NCBI GenBank assembly: GCA_963722255.1
Contig: CAVRJO010000001.1
Location: 352,001 to 416,000 of the forward strand
Direction: 5' to 3'
Source: Candidatus Babeliales bacterium
Lineage (GTDB): Bacteria > Babelota > Babeliae > Babelales > JANWKD01
DNA: 64,000 nucleotides
Part shown: piece by piece, positions 24,909-36,103 of the stretch
Layout: each line of letters starts with the position of its first letter
How positions within the stretch are numbered: position 1 is the stretch's first letter
Made by a program: the position numbers and the translations under genes
The notes under the pieces: model-generated
What the model was told of the DNA's origin: nothing
The model's input: only the letters and a program-made list of their open reading frames with translations
Databases searched by the model: none

Positions 24909-26657
24909 ATGCCAGATAGAACATTTAAAAATTTATCTTTATCCCCAAATATTGCAAAAGCCCTTGATACTCTTGGCTTTTTGAAACCAACCGAAATCCA
25001 AAGCAAAGCAATACCCATGCTTCTTACCTCTAAAAAGGTGGATTTCCATGGTCAGGCACAAACAGGAACAGGAAAAACTTTAGCTTTTGGGATACCTTTA
25101 ATTCAAACAATCGATGAATCAAATAACACCACTCAAGCTCTTATTGTAGCCCCTACACGCGAACTTGTTGTACAAATTTGCCAAAGTTTAAAGAGTGTTG
25201 CTCAATATATGAATATTTCAATAGAAGCCATTTATGGTGGCGTTTCTATGGAAGATCAAATACGTGCGTTGAGAAAAGGTGCTCACATTGTTGTGGGAAC
25301 CCCAGGAAGACTTAATGATCATTTACGTCGTAAAACCCTCAATCTTCAAACATTAAAAACCCTTGTTCTTGATGAAGCTGATATTATGCTTGATATGGGC
25401 TTTAAAGAAGAAGTTGATGAAATTTTAAAATATGCTTCAAATGATCGTCAAATTTGGCTTTTCTCTGCTACGGTAAAGCAAGGGATTCACGATATTATGC
25501 AACGCCATATGAAAAACCCAGTGTCGGTACGAGTAAGCCAACAAAACGTGGGAACAAGTAATACAGCACAATTTTTCTCAATTGTTCCTATGCGCGATCG
25601 TATTGCAGCATTAAGCAGATTCATTGATAGCGTTCCTGAATTTTATGGATTTATTTTCTGCCAAACAAAAATTTTAACCGCTGAAGTTGCTGAGCATCTT
25701 ATGCGCCGCGGCTATAAAGCTAATGCACTTCATGGCGATATGAGCCAAGTACAAAGAAACCGTGTTATTAAACGATTCAAACAAAGAGAGTTCACTATTC
25801 TCGTTGCAACTGATGTTGCTGCTCGCGGGATCGACGTCTCTGATACTACACACGTAATAAACTACTCATTACCTGATGACCAAGAAAGCTACATCCACCG
25901 CGTTGGAAGAACAGGCAGAGCTGGTAAAGAAGGTGTTGCAATTACTTTTGTTAGCCATAGTGATGTACGCCGTATCGGTAGCCTACAACGCATGTTTAAG
26001 CTAACAATCAATCCTCTTGATGTACCAACTGCAGATACTATTGCGCAAGTAAGAATCAACCAAGCTACAGAATATTTAGCATCTACAATAGCTCATCAAG
26101 AAAAAACAACCCCTTACCATTCTCAACTACAAGCACTCGTTGCAAACTATTCACAAACAGAGCTTGCTCATGCAGTTGCTTCTTTCTTAGATGAAAAGTT
26201 TCTCGGTTATATAAATTCTGATCAAGAAATAAAGTTTACATCATCAAGTCAACCTTCACACAATTATAGCTCCGATTCCAATGAGAATTCAGGATTACAG
26301 GAAATATATTTGAACGTTGGATCCGATGACGGTTTAACCAAGCAAGATATTATTGATTTCTTGAAGAAAAATTCAAGCATTCAAGAAAATCAATGCGAAA
26401 AAATCAAAGTTATAAAACGAAGAACATTTATTGTTGTTCCTATCGATCTTGTTACATCAATAAAATCAACACTTCAGGGTCAGACTCTTGGCGGAAGAAA
26501 AGTACGCGTTGATCTAACTCAGGATGATTCAGGTTCTTTCCGCGGTGGCGATACCCGCAAAAGAAGCGATTCATTTGGCGGCAACAGACGCGATAAAAGG
26601 CAAGGCGGTGGCAATGGCAAACGCCGTAGCAACAGCAAAAGAGAATATTCTTATTAA
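24909..26657 (+). CDS. deaD: DEAD-box RNA helicase, DeaD/CsdA type
   Basis: AQTGTGKT, PTREL, DEAD, SAT, HRVGRTGRAG; DbpA-like RNA-binding region and R/G-rich tail. Confidence 0.9.
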   Translation: MPDRTFKNLSLSPNIAKALDTLGFLKPTEIQSKAIPMLLTSKKVDFHGQAQTGTGKTLAFGIPLIQTIDESNNTTQALIVAPTRELVVQICQSLKSVAQYMNISIEAIYGGVSMEDQIRALRKGAHIVVGTPGRLNDHLRRKTLNLQTLKTLVLDEADIMLDMGFKEEVDEILKYASNDRQIWLFSATVKQGIHDIMQRHMKNPVSVRVSQQNVGTSNTAQFFSIVPMRDRIAALSRFIDSVPEFYGFIFCQTKILTAEVAEHLMRRGYKANALHGDMSQVQRNRVIKRFKQREFTILVATDVAARGIDVSDTTHVINYSLPDDQESYIHRVGRTGRAGKEGVAITFVSHSDVRRIGSLQRMFKLTINPLDVPTADTIAQVRINQATEYLASTIAHQEKTTPYHSQLQALVANYSQTELAHAVASFLDEKFLGYINSDQEIKFTSSSQPSHNYSSDSNENSGLQEIYLNVGSDDGLTKQDIIDFLKKNSSIQENQCEKIKVIKRRTFIVVPIDLVTSIKSTLQGQTLGGRKVRVDLTQDDSGSFRGGDTRKRSDSFGGNRRDKRQGGGNGKRRSNSKREYSY

Positions 26658-26684
26658 TAGTAAAGAATATAGTATAAAATGATT

Positions 26685-26714
26685 AAAAGGCTCCTTGAAA
26701 AAGGGGCCTTTTTT
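26685..26714 (+). terminator. Rho-independent terminator
   Basis: aaaaggctcctt-gaaa-aaggggcctttttt. Confidence 0.75.
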
Positions 26715-26790
26715 CATTCATATCTCCCAAAAAAAGTTAAAAACACGTATCCTAAAAAGAGAGAAATAGGGTTAAACAATAAAGGATACA

Positions 26791-27543
26791 ATGCTTCAGA
26801 TACTTATCTTCTTTTTCATAGTTACACCTTCATCTCTCTTTTCAATGAAAATAACAACGCCAAGAGTGGAAGAGATTACCACTGAAGATCTTTTGAAAAA
26901 AGCAGTTGGAATCTTACATAAAAAGAATCCACACTATAAAATTTTTAACCCTTCAAATGACATTAGGAATCTTTCGTTTTTGTCACCTCATTTAAAAAAA
27001 TATAATCCACTCAAAAAAAAGCTAAAAAAATATGAAAAAGAACTTTCAACACTCTATTTAATAACCATGCAGCATCTAAATTCTGTTGGCACTGCTCAAA
27101 ATGAAACCAAAAGTTTCCTTGTTGATATTAAACGATTTTATATCAACTGTTTACCTAATTATCCGGAAAATGTTGAGCAGAAATGTACTGTATTAACCAA
27201 TTATTTTTCAAAATCATCGATTAACTCCACTACACTATTCCAAGAAATCCCTTCTGCTTTTCACCAACAGCTTAAAAGCCTCCTCGATTCCTTTTTAAAG
27301 CAGTATCCACATCTTAAAATTAGCACCATTATTACGCTCGACAGATCTGAAGAGGCGGGATATTTTGCACTCTTACGATTTACAGAAAAAGAAAATCCTG
27401 CAGTGCATGAAACAGTTTACGAACTACAAAGCATGAAACAGTTTTGCTGGGATATTGGCTGCAGTTCAATTAAAGAATATTATGAAAAGCATCGTCTCTT
27501 TTTTATACATGAGCTTCACAAACCACAAGGACACCGTGTATAA
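26791..27543 (+). CDS. Hypothetical exported protein (signal peptide + Met motif)
   Basis: AAGGA RBS; MLQILIFFFIVTPSSLFS|MKI. Confidence 0.68.
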   Translation: MLQILIFFFIVTPSSLFSMKITTPRVEEITTEDLLKKAVGILHKKNPHYKIFNPSNDIRNLSFLSPHLKKYNPLKKKLKKYEKELSTLYLITMQHLNSVGTAQNETKSFLVDIKRFYINCLPNYPENVEQKCTVLTNYFSKSSINSTTLFQEIPSAFHQQLKSLLDSFLKQYPHLKISTIITLDRSEEAGYFALLRFTEKENPAVHETVYELQSMKQFCWDIGCSSIKEYYEKHRLFFIHELHKPQGHRV

Positions 27544-27579
27544 TAGTTGTAAAAAACATTATATAGTAAAGGATTTTTT

Positions 27580-27822
27580 ATGCTCAAGCTCATTACACAC
27601 TGTATTCTTATTGCTTGTTCATACACAAGCTATGCTATGAATCAACCACAACAACAGCAACCAAATAATAACCAAACACAGCAGCAACAATATCCACAAT
27701 TTACCCCAGCATCTCACTTTACTCCAGCACGAGAACAGAAATTTAAAACAGTTGCAGCTAATGCAGTAAATGCAGTAAATAATCAAAACAGAAACGGTAA
27801 GCCTAAAAAGTTCATAAACTAA
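27580..27822 (+). CDS. Small Gln/Asn-rich exported protein
   Basis: AAGGA RBS; MLKLITHCILIACSYTSYA|MNQPQQQQ. Confidence 0.62.
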   Translation: MLKLITHCILIACSYTSYAMNQPQQQQPNNNQTQQQQYPQFTPASHFTPAREQKFKTVAANAVNAVNNQNRNGKPKKFIN

Positions 27823-27834
27823 TTTATTAAAAAG

Positions 27835-29106
27835 TTACTTTTCAGCTTTCACAACAGGAAGCGAATCCCACCGCGTTGTATATGCAGGTGATCGTTGAGT
27901 TTGAGTAGGCATTAACGAATTTTTTGATCCCTGCGCAGCAGAACGGACCATCTGAGAACCCCAAACACTGTTAAGTTCATCAACAACAACCATTAAACGT
28001 CTCATACGGTCATTAGGCGCAGCATCATCAAACAAAGGTTTTTGCCATTGCTCAGATGAAACAATATCAGAAAGAATAACCCCCGCTCTTTTATACTCAT
28101 GTCCTTGCCTATAGAGCAAATTCACTACCGTTTGCGCATAATTAAGAAGTAATGGCGTCACATCAGTCGCGTAGGGCAGCTCCAGTTCACGATATGGCGC
28201 ATATCGTTCTTGCTTGTCATAGCGCCCCGTTGCTATAAAAATGGTCATGCATTGTGCTAGCGAATTTTGCTGCCGTAACTTTTCCGTTGCGCGTGCAATA
28301 AAATTTGCGATAGCCTGCTGCATCAATATTTCACTCGTTATAGGAATCTTAAATGAACGTGTACATGCAATTGATTGCTTAGATGGAACGTATTCAAGCA
28401 ACTCATTACATTGAACTCCGCGCAGTTCCCATACTGTTTTAAGGCCGGTAATATTCATAAGCGATCTAATAAAAGCATCATCACGCTGCACAAGATCATA
28501 GGCTGTTTTGATAGCATAATGCTCCAATGTGCGAGCATAACGCCTACCTATTCCCCAAATATCGCCAACGGGAACAGCCCTTAGAAGTTGATTAGGATCA
28601 TCTAATTGCGTACTATCATAGACGCCTTTCAAACTCTGATTTTTTTTTGCCCGTTGATTAGCTAATTTTGCCCGAGTTTTTGTAGAACCAATACCAATGG
28701 AAACAGGAATTCCTGTCCATTGATAAATAGTAGTACGCAATGATTGCGCAGCATCTTGGCCGTTAACACCTGGCATAAAGGTAACAAATGCTTCATCAAT
28801 TGAATATATTTCACAGGTGACTACATTCTTTTTAATAACATGCATCACGCGCGCTGAGAGATCTGCATATAAAGCAAAATTAGCTGAACATGCAACACCA
28901 TTTGTTCGCTTCAATAATGATGAGTATTGAAAATAAGGAGCTCCCATTGGAATGCCAAGGTCTTTAGCCTCTTGCGAACGCGCAACAACGCATCCATCGT
29001 TATTGGATAATACAACAACGGGACGATTTTTAAGCTTTGGATTAAATAATCGCTCACAAGAAACATAGAAATTATTACAATCTACAAGGGCTATAGGAGT
29101 ATTCAT
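27835..29106 (-). CDS. umuC: Y-family DNA polymerase V catalytic subunit
   Basis: [42 protein letters not shown]-terminus; start MNTP at 29106. Confidence 0.92.
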   Translation of the reverse strand: MNTPIALVDCNNFYVSCERLFNPKLKNRPVVVLSNNDGCVVARSQEAKDLGIPMGAPYFQYSSLLKRTNGVACSANFALYADLSARVMHVIKKNVVTCEIYSIDEAFVTFMPGVNGQDAAQSLRTTIYQWTGIPVSIGIGSTKTRAKLANQRAKKNQSLKGVYDSTQLDDPNQLLRAVPVGDIWGIGRRYARTLEHYAIKTAYDLVQRDDAFIRSLMNITGLKTVWELRGVQCNELLEYVPSKQSIACTRSFKIPITSEILMQQAIANFIARATEKLRQQNSLAQCMTIFIATGRYDKQERYAPYRELELPYATDVTPLLLNYAQTVVNLLYRQGHEYKRAGVILSDIVSSEQWQKPLFDDAAPNDRMRRLMVVVDELNSVWGSQMVRSAAQGSKNSLMPTQTQRSPAYTTRWDSLPVVKAEK

Positions 29107-29110
29107 TATA

Positions 29111-29572
29111 TTACGAAGCTTTATGAATGATATATGATACAACGCCCCAAATCTCAATATCCATTTCAGGCGTCAATAATAATGGTTTATAATTTTTATT
29201 AGCAGGTACTAAATAAACCTGCTCACCACGCTTCTCAACTCTTTTGACGGTAAATTCGCCCTGAATATGTGCAATAACAATAGTTCCATGATTCACCGCC
29301 AACGCTCGGTCAATAATCAAAATATCTCCCGATTGTATTCCGGCATCAATCATCGAATTTCCTTCAACACGAACAAAAAAAGTTGCCGCAGGATGTTGCA
29401 CTAAATATTCATTAAGATCAAGCTTTTGTTCAACATAATCATCAGCAGGAGAAGGGAAGCCTGCTGAAATATGATTCATTAAAAGCGGAAATGCTATCTT
29501 TGGAGCGCTTCCATCAACACCAAAGATTTTTATGTCAATTAAATTTTTATTTTTTTTATATTTTTGTTCCAT
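29111..29572 (-). CDS. umuD: UmuD/LexA-like S24 autopeptidase
   Basis: [11 protein letters not shown] cleavage site, VEGNSM (Ser), FTVKR (Lys); adjacent to umuC. Confidence 0.92.
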   Translation of the reverse strand: MEQKYKKNKNLIDIKIFGVDGSAPKIAFPLLMNHISAGFPSPADDYVEQKLDLNEYLVQHPAATFFVRVEGNSMIDAGIQSGDILIIDRALAVNHGTIVIAHIQGEFTVKRVEKRGEQVYLVPANKNYKPLLLTPEMDIEIWGVVSYIIHKAS

Positions 29573-29639
29573 ATGAAAAATAGTGTAACACAAACTGTAT
29601 TTTTCACAAGAAAAAACGCGGCGTACAAATAAAAAAGCG

Positions 29640-31208
29640 CTATCGAAAAACATCACTCAAAGACTTTGATGTGCATGTTACCGTCAACTTAGAATCTTCA
29701 TGATTGCAAGAAAGACCAACAAGCACAACCTCTTTTTTCTTTTGTGCTAAATACCGTTCATAATATTTTTGCGATTCTATCTGATTCATCGCTTCTTGTG
29801 CGCTCTTTTTGAATTTTAACTCAAAAATATACACATGCGTTTTGGTTGTAATCACTAAATCGATTCTTCCTCGATTGGTAACCACTTCCGATTGAATATC
29901 CATTCCAAGCAAATTACCAAGTAACTGGAAAAGTGAATGGTAATAGCGTTCTTGCGCAATATGAAGGTTATACGGAATATGTGCAAACAAGCTTTGCAAA
30001 ATAGTACAAAACTGCTGAATATTATTGTTTCTAAGCGCCATGCGCAATTGTGACGTGCTATGCTCTACTGCAAAACTAGTTGAATTCACCAGCGCCGCAA
30101 AGATATATTTTTGAAATGAATCGCGTGTTTCTTGATTAGGATAATCAAGCATATATTTACGCGTGTGTTTATCATAATCTGCTATGGTTAAATACCCTGT
30201 TTGAAAAAGAACAATAATAAGATGAATATAATCAATATCAAAGCTTCCTAACGTTTCACTGCTCCACTCTATTTCTTGAATATTATCAAGCGATTCATAC
30301 TCTTTTTTGAGTAGCTCAACTAAAAAACTGGGTGTTCCACTTTCAAACCAGTAGTTACTAAACTCTTTATCTTTCAAATAATAGAGCACTGAAAACGGAT
30401 TATACACTAATGATTTAACACGTGAAAAACGATAGCCATTATACCAATGGCGCATCTCTTGCACAATAACTTGTTTTGATGTTTCGTGCTCCTTTGCAGC
30501 TGCTTCAATATACCCTGAAAAATAGTGTTTTAACTCATCTTCTGTATAACCCAATAGAGTTGCTGCTTCAGGCTTCATCGAAATATCGTTTAAGTTGTTA
30601 AGACCTGAGAAAATCGATGTCTTTGAAAATTTACTGACGCCAGTTAAAAGTATAAAATGCAAATATGCATCAAGACCCTTGAGCACTCCATAAAAACTTC
30701 GCAAGACATCGCGTTGTTTTTGTGCTTCTTCAATATTTTTTAGGTGATCTAAAATAGGTTTATCATACTCATCAATAAGTACCACCACTTTATTTTTTTT
30801 TGATAACTCAACAACTAATCGATCAAGAGTCCATTCAGGAACATCTGAATCTTCAATCTCAATAGTATATTCTCTGGCGATTTCTAATAACTTTTTGTTA
30901 ATACTCATTCTTAGTTCAAGCGAATCTAAATGCGCAATACGTCCAAAATCTAGATGAATAACTGGATACTCTTGCCAATTATAATCACTTGAATCTATCC
31001 AAAGATCGGAAAACAAAGCTCTTTTATTAGAAAAAATTTCTTTAAGTGTTGAAATGAGCAACGATTTACCAAATCGACGTGGGCGTGATAAAAAATAGTA
31101 GCGACCCGCATTTATAAGATTATAGATAATCTCAGTCTTATCGACATAAAGATAGTCATTCATTCGCATTGTTTCAAAAGTACTAACATCAATCGGCAAT
31201 TTTTTCAT
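29640..31208 (-). CDS. AAA-ATPase-like protein with C-terminal PD-(D/E)xK nuclease domain
   Basis: YVDKT, SRPRRFGKS, LIDEYDKP, WYNGY, YNPFS, GRIDL...FELK...QI..KYY. Confidence 0.9.
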   Translation of the reverse strand: MKKLPIDVSTFETMRMNDYLYVDKTEIIYNLINAGRYYFLSRPRRFGKSLLISTLKEIFSNKRALFSDLWIDSSDYNWQEYPVIHLDFGRIAHLDSLELRMSINKKLLEIAREYTIEIEDSDVPEWTLDRLVVELSKKNKVVVLIDEYDKPILDHLKNIEEAQKQRDVLRSFYGVLKGLDAYLHFILLTGVSKFSKTSIFSGLNNLNDISMKPEAATLLGYTEDELKHYFSGYIEAAAKEHETSKQVIVQEMRHWYNGYRFSRVKSLVYNPFSVLYYLKDKEFSNYWFESGTPSFLVELLKKEYESLDNIQEIEWSSETLGSFDIDYIHLIIVLFQTGYLTIADYDKHTRKYMLDYPNQETRDSFQKYIFAALVNSTSFAVEHSTSQLRMALRNNNIQQFCTILQSLFAHIPYNLHIAQERYYHSLFQLLGNLLGMDIQSEVVTNRGRIDLVITTKTHVYIFELKFKKSAQEAMNQIESQKYYERYLAQKKKEVVLVGLSCNHEDSKLTVTCTSKSLSDVFR

Positions 31209-31233
31209 CCAACACCTTATTCATCAAAATAGT

Positions 31234-32133
31234 TCACAAAATCTCGTGCATATCGTGCGCAAAGCTAGTTACTATAGCATCGCGAGTAAAAGGCTCAATC
31301 GATTTTTTAAGACAATAACGATATACAATCAGATGAAATATGCCTTCTAGACTACGTATTATACACATTATGAGTGCTAAGAACAAAAAAAAGAGCGCTA
31401 TACCCGCCATTCCATTGGTTTTTGCACCAATAAGATGCGCAAGAGGACTTGCAAAACACAATGCAAGGAAAAAAATAAGCATTACAAATGAAAATCTTGC
31501 CATTACCTTACCTCCAAACAACTCTTCCATAACTATTCTTGATTTTTCTATAGCCTTTCTCAGAGAAAGCCGATTCAATACCAGCAAAGGCACAACTAAA
31601 AATGTTGCTTCAAGCCAATTATCGGCTCGTGCTTGATAAATATAATCTCTACCTCCCAAAAGATCCACATGACGCCTCAAGAACTTTTTTATTCCCGATT
31701 CTCCAACAATGACTAATAACGTTTTTAAATATGCATATTGCATAAGCTCACGATATGAAAAAACTGCTCTACAAAAACTTTGATACCATGAAAAATGTAA
31801 TTGATCCTCATAAAGAGTAGTGAGTGCATCTGCTAATGCTGCTTTTGCAAGCAACATAAAAAAAGTCACAAAGCATGATAGGGGCGCTATAAACACAGCA
31901 AATAAAAAACCTAGCTCCCACAACGATAAAAATCCCCATAACTCTAGTGTTTCATGATTAAATATATGAATCCCATACCGGAAATAAATGAAAAAAAGCA
32001 CAATAGCTTCGAGCAAAAAACATAATAAAAAAGAAAATAATGGATAGAAAAGCAAACTGGGATGTTGCAGAAAAATCTTACTGCCAAGCTTACAAATTTT
32101 CATCGTTTGATTAAACATCGTAACTAAACGCAT
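31234..32133 (-). CDS. Multi-pass membrane protein, function unknown
   Basis: Several hydrophobic helices; GGAGAG RBS. Confidence 0.7.
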   Translation of the reverse strand: MRLVTMFNQTMKICKLGSKIFLQHPSLLFYPLFSFLLCFLLEAIVLFFIYFRYGIHIFNHETLELWGFLSLWELGFLFAVFIAPLSCFVTFFMLLAKAALADALTTLYEDQLHFSWYQSFCRAVFSYRELMQYAYLKTLLVIVGESGIKKFLRRHVDLLGGRDYIYQARADNWLEATFLVVPLLVLNRLSLRKAIEKSRIVMEELFGGKVMARFSFVMLIFFLALCFASPLAHLIGAKTNGMAGIALFFLFLALIMCIIRSLEGIFHLIVYRYCLKKSIEPFTRDAIVTSFAHDMHEIL

Positions 32134-32219
32134 TACTCATCTCTCCTTCTTTTATTTTTTAAAAGCTTTGCGCGATAACCGAACAAAGCATCATGTGTAT
32201 CGTGAGCAATGCACCAGTC

Positions 32220-32858
32220 TTACTGTTCTTTTTTAGTGAGTAAAAACTCGTACACAATTTGGCTCCATGTTTCCATGGTATTAAAATAACTTTTACATTC
32301 ATCTAAAGTCACTAATTGTCCATTTTTAAGTTCAGATTTTACAGAAATATGAGGAGTAGACCCCTCAATTAAAAAGACGAATCCTACATGCACTTGCCCA
32401 ACAGGCGTTGCATCGTCATTTAAAATTCCCAGCGGTTTAATGGTAAACGAATCATTATAGGAAACCTCTTCATGAAATTCTCGTTCAGCCCATGAAAAAA
32501 TCGAGTTGTTCGTTAAATCTTCTTCACGAATATGCCCGCCAATACCAAGAGAATATTTATTTTTTAATCTATTTTCTGTTGCATTATCACGCCGTTGCAT
32601 TAAAAAATAGGAATCTTTATGCGAAAAAATCAGATAAGGAATAATTTGTTTATAGGAAGGATCAATTTCCATTGCTGAGCGAGGTAGAAACTCTTTTTTT
32701 TGGTTAATAAGTTTCAAATAAGAATCAAAATCAACCTGCTTTAACCCAGCCCATGAAGCTTCGTGCTTAAAAAATTCAGCCCTTTTTACCACTAAAATCA
32801 TCTCATCTTGTTTGCTAACAACCGGTTGTCCTGTTTTTTGAATTTGTAATGATGCCAT
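32220..32858 (-). CDS. NUDIX-fold phosphoesterase (COG4112-like)
   Basis: YKQIIPY, SLGIGGH, AEREFHEEV, VGQVHVG, METWS motifs. Confidence 0.85.
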   Translation of the reverse strand: MASLQIQKTGQPVVSKQDEMILVVKRAEFFKHEASWAGLKQVDFDSYLKLINQKKEFLPRSAMEIDPSYKQIIPYLIFSHKDSYFLMQRRDNATENRLKNKYSLGIGGHIREEDLTNNSIFSWAEREFHEEVSYNDSFTIKPLGILNDDATPVGQVHVGFVFLIEGSTPHISVKSELKNGQLVTLDECKSYFNTMETWSQIVYEFLLTKKEQ

Positions 32859-32991
32859 ACTTTTCTCTTATAGTATAATTAAAGAAAACTTTTACACTCG
32901 ATACTTTTTATTCTGCTTTTTTTATCAATAAAGTGCAAATAAAATATGGAAGGGTATACAATACTCCTTTTGGCATCACTCATTCAAAATA

Positions 32992-33372
32992 CTAGAGAAG
33001 ATTCGCTTTCTCCATCATTTCCTTTAATTCTTCAGCCGTAATCGTTTTTATGCCACGTTCATGCCATGTTTCTTGACGATTCAAATACTCTTCTTGGCAT
33101 GCACCGGCACACGGCAAACCCTTTTGATTCCATTCAGCAAGCCCACCCTCATATGCCCAAACCGATTCAAAGCCTAAGGCATCAAAAATACGCCATGCTT
33201 TTTCACTAATGGGACAATTATACGATCCACAATAGACAACAATGGGTGTCTTTTTATCAAGTGTCCGTGCATAACTTTCAATTTTATCTAAAGGTACGCT
33301 CATTGATCCAATTATATGACAATCATCATAATATTTTTTAGCCAATGCATTAATCACAATCAACTTTGCCAT
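32992..33372 (-). CDS. Rhodanese-like domain protein
   Basis: HIIGS..VP, IVVYC, LGF..V..YEGGLAEW. Confidence 0.85.
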   Translation of the reverse strand: MAKLIVINALAKKYYDDCHIIGSMSVPLDKIESYARTLDKKTPIVVYCGSYNCPISEKAWRIFDALGFESVWAYEGGLAEWNQKGLPCAGACQEEYLNRQETWHERGIKTITAEELKEMMEKANLL

Positions 33373-33538
33373 CTATTCTCCTTTACGTAGTAACGTTACT
33401 TCTTATGCCCAGTAATATCATGATGGTTGAAAAAAAGTATAGAGTTATGGTATAGGAAACATCACAAATATTTTTGTAGATCTTTTTACCAATTTTTTAC
33501 TATGCTTTACACAAAAAAAGTTAAAAGGAGGAACCTGC

Positions 33539-33637
33539 ATGACCACTATCATTAAATATATGCGTAATAAGATCTATATTTATTGGCTTAAATCAAAAAT
33601 GACCTACTATTTTTTTCGACATATAAGAAAATTGTAA
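33539..33637 (+). CDS. Putative small protein, 32 aa
   Basis: AGGAGG RBS 7 nt before ATG; MTTIIKYMRNKIYIYWLKSKMTYYFFRHIRKL*. Below the ORF-track cutoff. Confidence 0.4.
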   Translation: MTTIIKYMRNKIYIYWLKSKMTYYFFRHIRKL

Positions 33638-33763
33638 TCATGGAATTCCTGATTTAATAGGCCAACTCTAGATTTTTATGTAATATATTTCATCAAATAA
33701 AAAAATATCGTATCCTTTACAAAGGAATTTCTCCTAAGAACATTACCATTTTAGTAGGAGCAT

Positions 33764-34411
33764 ATGGAAAAAAGGTTGCTAGTATTTAGTATACTTTTAT
33801 TACTCTATGCCCAAGCTATGGAAAAAGAAGAAACCGATATTAAAGAATGTTTAGATCGATATTTTCATGAAAATTCCGAACCCTATATAGTAAGCCAGCT
33901 TTCTTTGTATACGATTTTACAACCAGATCCTGATGCTCATCCTTATCAAGTGCAACAACTCCTTTTTACACAAGAGTATTATTTAAATGATTCTGAACTA
34001 AGCTTACTTTGCACAACACATGATAAAGAACCCACTCAAAGCTATCCACTAAAACGCATCCTGCAACATAAGAAACTGCAGAAAAAGCTTATTAAAGATC
34101 TTATAAAAGCCAAAGCTGATTGGTATACAATAAACAGTGCTTTGTTAGTATTTTATGCTTATTGCGATAATCTCTTTAGGCTCTTAACCGATAGCTTTAG
34201 TATAAAGCATGAACTAAAACGAGTAACAGCCCGCTTGACCTATCATGTTGCTTACTCTTACTATAACAGAAACTCCCCGGAAATGGCGCAAAGAATTTTA
34301 AATGCGTACATGAAAGAAAGAATATTGATGATAGAGTGCCACGATATTTATCAAGATATAAACAAGCTTTTAGAAAAATGCGAATATGTAATTAATCAAC
34401 AAAAAAGCTAA
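33764..34411 (+). CDS. Hypothetical exported protein (signal peptide + Met motif)
   Basis: AGGAG RBS; MEKRLLVFSILLLLYAQA|MEK. Confidence 0.72.
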   Translation: MEKRLLVFSILLLLYAQAMEKEETDIKECLDRYFHENSEPYIVSQLSLYTILQPDPDAHPYQVQQLLFTQEYYLNDSELSLLCTTHDKEPTQSYPLKRILQHKKLQKKLIKDLIKAKADWYTINSALLVFYAYCDNLFRLLTDSFSIKHELKRVTARLTYHVAYSYYNRNSPEMAQRILNAYMKERILMIECHDIYQDINKLLEKCEYVINQQKS

Positions 34412-34443
34412 AGCCTTTCAGTTTTATAAACTGAAAGGCTTTA
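34409..34443. terminator. Bidirectional terminator between convergent genes
   Basis: taaagcctttcagttt / aaactgaaaggcttta perfect stem. Confidence 0.75.
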
Positions 34444-34472
34444 TTGTAATCTATAGTATTAATAGTGATTTA

Positions 34473-35477
34473 TTAATCTTTCTCTTTTTCTTTTTCATAG
34501 GGAAATAGCTCTTCTCCCTCCTCTCCCGATTCTTCACCAGTTTCAACGCTCTCTTCTATTGCTTTTCCGGTTTTAAGGCTTTCTATTTTGCGATAAAGAT
34601 TATCCAAAAAGGCCATATCTTGGGAAATATTTCTCGGATCGTAATATTTCTGAAGTCCCGTTATGGAAATAATATCAAAATTATTTCGCACATCTTGGAG
34701 ATTTTTTTTCAATTTTTTAATTTGTGTCAAATCTGTGTCATACATTAATATGCTTTCTTTATTAATATCTAATTTTTTAAAAAAATCCAAATCATTCTTA
34801 ACATTTAATAGCACTCTTTTCAATTCTTTGATTTGCTTCTCTTGGGCAATTCTCTTCTGATTTTCTTGATATTCACGATCTTGTCTTTCAACCGTTTTAA
34901 TAACGTCCTCAATTATATTTTCATATTTTTTTCCCAAAATCTTTTGCTGCTTTTCTACACTTTGCTGAGCGCCTTCTAATTCATTGATATCTTTTACAAA
35001 ATCAGATTCAATTCTTTTTAATTCTTCATTCAGTTTTTTTTGTTCTTCTGTTTTTCTAGTTTTAGAATTGAACTGGTATTCCAATGCATTCCTAAAACTA
35101 TATAAAGGATTAAGATCATCAAGATATGAAGAGAATTGCGAACTCTTAACTTTATTGCTATAAAGATCATCTAACATGTCATCATAAAGTCGATTTAAAT
35201 CATTATTTATCTTTTTTAAACGTTCTATTCTTTTTTGCATTTGTTCTGTAGAGGGCAATTCATTCTTTGTTTGAAGCTTAACTAACTTCTCCTTATATTG
35301 CTCTATTAATCCAGCTCTTCTTTCCTCTTTTTCATTCTTCCGAGTTATCAATTCTTCAGCACTTTTCCAAAGCCTATTTAAATAGCCACTTCCCCAACGA
35401 GTCAATCTTTCCATACCCTGTAATGACATCCCTGCAGAAAGCGCTAACAATACCGCACATAATACTCTCTTATACAT
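34473..35477 (-). CDS. Exported coiled-coil protein with acidic tail
   Basis: MYKRVLCAVLLALSAGMSLQG|MER; K/E/Q-rich heptads. Confidence 0.72.
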   Translation of the reverse strand: MYKRVLCAVLLALSAGMSLQGMERLTRWGSGYLNRLWKSAEELITRKNEKEERRAGLIEQYKEKLVKLQTKNELPSTEQMQKRIERLKKINNDLNRLYDDMLDDLYSNKVKSSQFSSYLDDLNPLYSFRNALEYQFNSKTRKTEEQKKLNEELKRIESDFVKDINELEGAQQSVEKQQKILGKKYENIIEDVIKTVERQDREYQENQKRIAQEKQIKELKRVLLNVKNDLDFFKKLDINKESILMYDTDLTQIKKLKKNLQDVRNNFDIISITGLQKYYDPRNISQDMAFLDNLYRKIESLKTGKAIEESVETGEESGEEGEELFPYEKEKEKD

Positions 35478-35707
35478 ACTAAACCCTTCCTTTTTTTGAA
35501 AATACCTATCCATTTAATAAAATTACTATTATAATTAATATATCAAAAAAGCATTATTTTATTCAATAATAAATATTTTTAACTATTTTTTTAATGAAAA
35601 TTAATATTTTTAACTATTCTGGTACCATCTATCACTTTTTTGGCGTATACTCTCTATAAAAAGGCATTAAAAAACAGTAAAAGACTCCCTATAAAATCAA
35701 GGAGCTC

Positions 35708-36103
35708 ATGAAACTACTAAAAAAACGACTTTTATACCCCATAATAACCTTATCTATTATTTCTTTTTTCATGTATGCGAATGCATACGGCTCTCTTATT
35801 GATTCTCTAGAAGAAGTTGAATATATGGTTGGACTCAATGCCCTTGATTGGATAAAAATGGCTATTGGCATCATTACTATAGTTGGTGGCGTAGGACTTT
35901 TTATAACAACAAGCGACAAACGTTCTCATTGGCCCGCATATCTACGCAGAACTTTCTTTGGCATTTTTATATTTTGCAATGTTTCTTTCCAAATGCTTTT
36001 TCATGTTATTAATGTTCCTAATCGGCGATCAGTTGTTTGCTTTTTAGGCTCATGCTTGAATAAACATTTAAAAACTCAGCTTCATACCCAAGGAGTCTTA
36101 TGA
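35708..36103 (+). CDS. Small membrane protein, paralogue of 37828-38208
   Basis: AAGGAG RBS; shared GL.ALD.IKM..GIITI.G..G.FITTS.KR.HWPA..RR.FFGIF.FCN. Confidence 0.75.
   Translation: MKLLKKRLLYPIITLSIISFFMYANAYGSLIDSLEEVEYMVGLNALDWIKMAIGIITIVGGVGLFITTSDKRSHWPAYLRRTFFGIFIFCNVSFQMLFHVINVPNRRSVVCFLGSCLNKHLKTQLHTQGVL

Noticed and set aside
26679..26885. 68-aa ORF after deaD
   Set aside because: Spans a terminator hairpin and overlaps the better-supported ORF 26791-27543.
29595..29610. Possible LexA box upstream of umuD
   Set aside because: CTG-N10-AAG deviates from CTG-N10-CAG, and the LexA motif of this lineage is unknown to me.
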